A stretch of 64,000 bases of DNA from Pseudothermotoga sp. (GTDB taxonomy: Bacteria; Thermotogota; Thermotogae; Thermotogales; DSM-5069). Below the pieces are notes generated by a model. The model saw only the letters and a program-made list of their open reading frames with translations. It was not told the DNA's origin and searched no databases. Made by a program: the position numbers and the translations under genes. Location of the stretch: the NCBI GenBank assembly GCA_031962025.1, contig JAVRKW010000003.1; one strand, 5' to 3'. Positions within the stretch are counted from its first letter, which is position 1; every line of letters starts with the position of its first letter. This document shows positions 62,103-64,000 of the stretch, piece after piece.

Positions 62103-63287
62103 ATTAGACTTAAAAAACAGTTCGTATTTCATCCGGTTGTTTTGATAGTTGTCTTCAGTTTGTCATTATCTTTTTTTATGAATTTTAATCGACAGAAGAG
62201 TGAGCAGGTTGAAAGATTTGCTCTGCATGTTTTCACCGTATATCTGCAATCCATTGCAAAGGCATTGAGTGAAGGATATTTTCACTGGAATGCCATGTTT
62301 AGCGCCATTCTGAAAAATGATGAAAGCTTTTTAAACCAGCAAGTTGAAGATATAAAAAATCTCTATCCACAGCTTGTCAGAGTGGATCTGATAGATGGAA
62401 ACATAGCACAGGAGTACGAAGTTACTTTTGAAAGTGATTCTGTAAAGATGTTGTTTAAAATCTACAACGATGATGGTCAACTTAGCATAAATGGAAAGCT
62501 GGTTTCTGTGGTTTTTGACACCAGTACTATTCTTGCACATCTTGGTCTGACAGATGTGGTTCATGCATCTTTTGAGAACAATAATTTCAGGCTCGTCTAT
62601 TCTGGTAAAATCCTGAGTTTTTACAATTTCATCGTTTCTTTGCTCGTGGCACTTGCCTCAATTGCTTTATTTGAGAGTCTAAGAAGGTTTTTCATTATAC
62701 AGCACTATCAATATGATGGACTTGAGGCAATTGTCGAGATACTTTCAAAAAAAGACAACTACACAGCGCATCATTCAAGAATGGTTGCTAACATTGCACT
62801 TGAACTGGGAAAGATTTTAAAACTTTCAAGAACAAAATTGAAACAGCTTTATCAGGCAGGAATACTTCATGATATAGGAAAAATAGCCGTACCAGAAAAT
62901 ATTCTGAACAAGACTGGTAAACTCTCACCTCAGGAGTATGAGATCATTAAGATTCATCCCCAAGTGGGTGCGCAGATCATTGAAAAATTTCCAGGACTTC
63001 AGCAAATAGCAGATATCATTAAACAGCACCATGAGCGTCTCGATGGTTCTGGTTATCCGCAGGGACTGAAAGATGGAGAAATCGATTTTCTTGCTCAAAT
63101 TCTCGCCGTAGCCGATGTCTATAGTGCACTGACAGATATCAGACCATACAGAAAGGCTTATACGAAAACACAAGCCATACAGATAATGAAAGACATGCCA
63201 CTCAACCAGCAGCTGGTTGGTCTGTTAGAAGAGCACGTGCATAGCACAAGGCACATTGATGTACAGCAGCTGCCTTTGAAAGATTAG
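62103..63287 (+). CDS. Membrane-bound HD-GYP cyclic-dinucleotide phosphodiesterase (start ATT 62103 or TTG 62142)
   Basis: YTAHHSRMV, LHDIGK, HHERLDGSGYPQGL, AVADVYSAL, RPYR; two TM flanking an external domain. Confidence 0.9.
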   Translation: MRLKKQFVFHPVVLIVVFSLSLSFFMNFNRQKSEQVERFALHVFTVYLQSIAKALSEGYFHWNAMFSAILKNDESFLNQQVEDIKNLYPQLVRVDLIDGNIAQEYEVTFESDSVKMLFKIYNDDGQLSINGKLVSVVFDTSTILAHLGLTDVVHASFENNNFRLVYSGKILSFYNFIVSLLVALASIALFESLRRFFIIQHYQYDGLEAIVEILSKKDNYTAHHSRMVANIALELGKILKLSRTKLKQLYQAGILHDIGKIAVPENILNKTGKLSPQEYEIIKIHPQVGAQIIEKFPGLQQIADIIKQHHERLDGSGYPQGLKDGEIDFLAQILAVADVYSALTDIRPYRKAYTKTQAIQIMKDMPLNQQLVGLLEEHVHSTRHIDVQQLPLKD

Positions 63288-63496
63288 ACCTATGCCAGAT
63301 GTGTGCGCACACCATCTTGGTGGATCTTTCCATTATATATAATACGGTTTTTGAGATCCAAAAAAATGAACAGAATGCCGTTAAAAAGCTCAAAAACATC
63401 GTGTGAATCAATTTACCTGCACAAATAGTGCCTTTAACAGGCGTTTTTACGGTGATTTTACCGTATATTTATGATGAAGAAATCTTCAGAACCCAC

Positions 63497-63525
63497 TTGA
63501 CTTTTCTGAATTTTTCTGCCAAAAT
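63497..63525 (+). promoter_or_regulatory. sigma70 promoter of tRNA-Asp
   Basis: TTGACT-17 nt-CAAAAT. Confidence 0.6.
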
Positions 63526-63536
63526 ACAAAAGTGTT

Positions 63537-63614
63537 GGGGACGTGGTGCAGTCTGGTTAGCATGCCGGTCTGTCACACCGGTGGCCGCGGGTTCAAGTCC
63601 CGTCGTCCCCGCCA
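63537..63614 (+). tRNA. tRNA-Asp (GTC)
   Basis: GGGGACG/CGTCCCC acceptor stem, CCGGT-CTGTCAC-ACCGG anticodon arm, GGTTCAAGTCC, CCA. Confidence 0.97.
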
Positions 63615-63616
63615 GA

Positions 63617-63638
63617 GGGAGGCATCAGCCTCCCTTTT
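63617..63638 (+). terminator. Rho-independent terminator after tRNA-Asp
   Basis: GGGAGGC-ATCA-GCCTCCC-TTTT. Confidence 0.75.
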
Positions 63639-63665
63639 GTGTTATAATAATTTTGAGGTGGACCT

Positions 63666-64000
63666 GTGAGGTTTCTGCTCGGAAGGCAGATAGTTTTAAA
63701 GGAGTTTTATCACACCGATCTGGCTGTTTCATGGGTTGAGGAACCTGTTGCTGGCGCTTATGCTTATTTGATAGGCAATGACAGGGGTTACATGTACGTT
63801 GTTGCGAATTCAGATGAAATTCATTATGGCAATGATTTTGATTACTTGAACACTCCATTTGGAAAAGTTGCGGTCGTCTGTTCTTCAAAGGTGATTGGCT
63901 GGGAATCGATATACGCTTGCAAAAAATCTGAGGCACTTTTGACAGTTGTATTTCAGCGCGTTGCAAGTATTTCTGATCTACTTTTGACAAAAGCGATCTG
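63666..64000 (+). CDS. Partial CDS, hypothetical, possibly a degenerate carbon-nitrogen hydrolase fold
   Basis: SD GAGGTG then GTG 63666; frame open to the window end (MRFLLGRQIV...LNTPFGKVAVVC...). Confidence 0.6.
   Translation, partial: MRFLLGRQIVLKEFYHTDLAVSWVEEPVAGAYAYLIGNDRGYMYVVANSDEIHYGNDFDYLNTPFGKVAVVCSSKVIGWESIYACKKSEALLTVVFQRVASISDLLLTKAI

Noticed and set aside
63428..63990. ORFs 63428-63739 (+) and 63625-63990 (-)
   Set aside because: They overlap tRNA-Asp or are antisense to the SD-supported CDS starting at 63666.

Overview
A gene-dense 64 kb stretch of core chromosome from a Thermotogota bacterium, most like Pseudothermotoga. This is inferred from the SLH/coiled-coil Omp-alpha toga anchor, glgD-glgC followed by an rnf operon and dprA, archaeal-type apgM and GGAGGTG Shine-Dalgarno sites. 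It holds about 60 CDS: translation and housekeeping genes (rimP, nusA, rbgA, obgE, nadD, dus, murB, glmM, holA, clpX, tsaD), energy and carbon genes (glgDC, rnfCDGEAB, ackA, apgM), a sugar ABC transporter, namZ, iadA, an envelope cluster (ccdA/thioredoxin, Omp-alpha, PEGA protein, lipoprotein, degP), competence genes (comEC, a pilin-like ORF, dprA), an ABC-2 exporter and an HD-GYP protein. Two tRNAs are present, Ser-GGA and Asp-GTC. I saw no CRISPR array, prophage, integrase, transposase or recognisable defence island, so I cannot claim a new multi-gene system. The most unusual signals are small-scale: (i) four genes whose best Shine-Dalgarno points to CTG or ATT start codons, two of them in the obgE-nadD-dus operon; (ii) a solo IS200/IS605- or IscB-end-like hairpin directly after a solute-binding protein gene; (iii) an ABC permease remnant between an intact promoter and namZ; (iv) a LipS2-like radical SAM coupled to rnfC, with a minimal RnfB; (v) a probably leaderless murB and a sigma28-like promoter for a small orphan ORF. 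All assignments come from motif recognition by eye; no database search was run.
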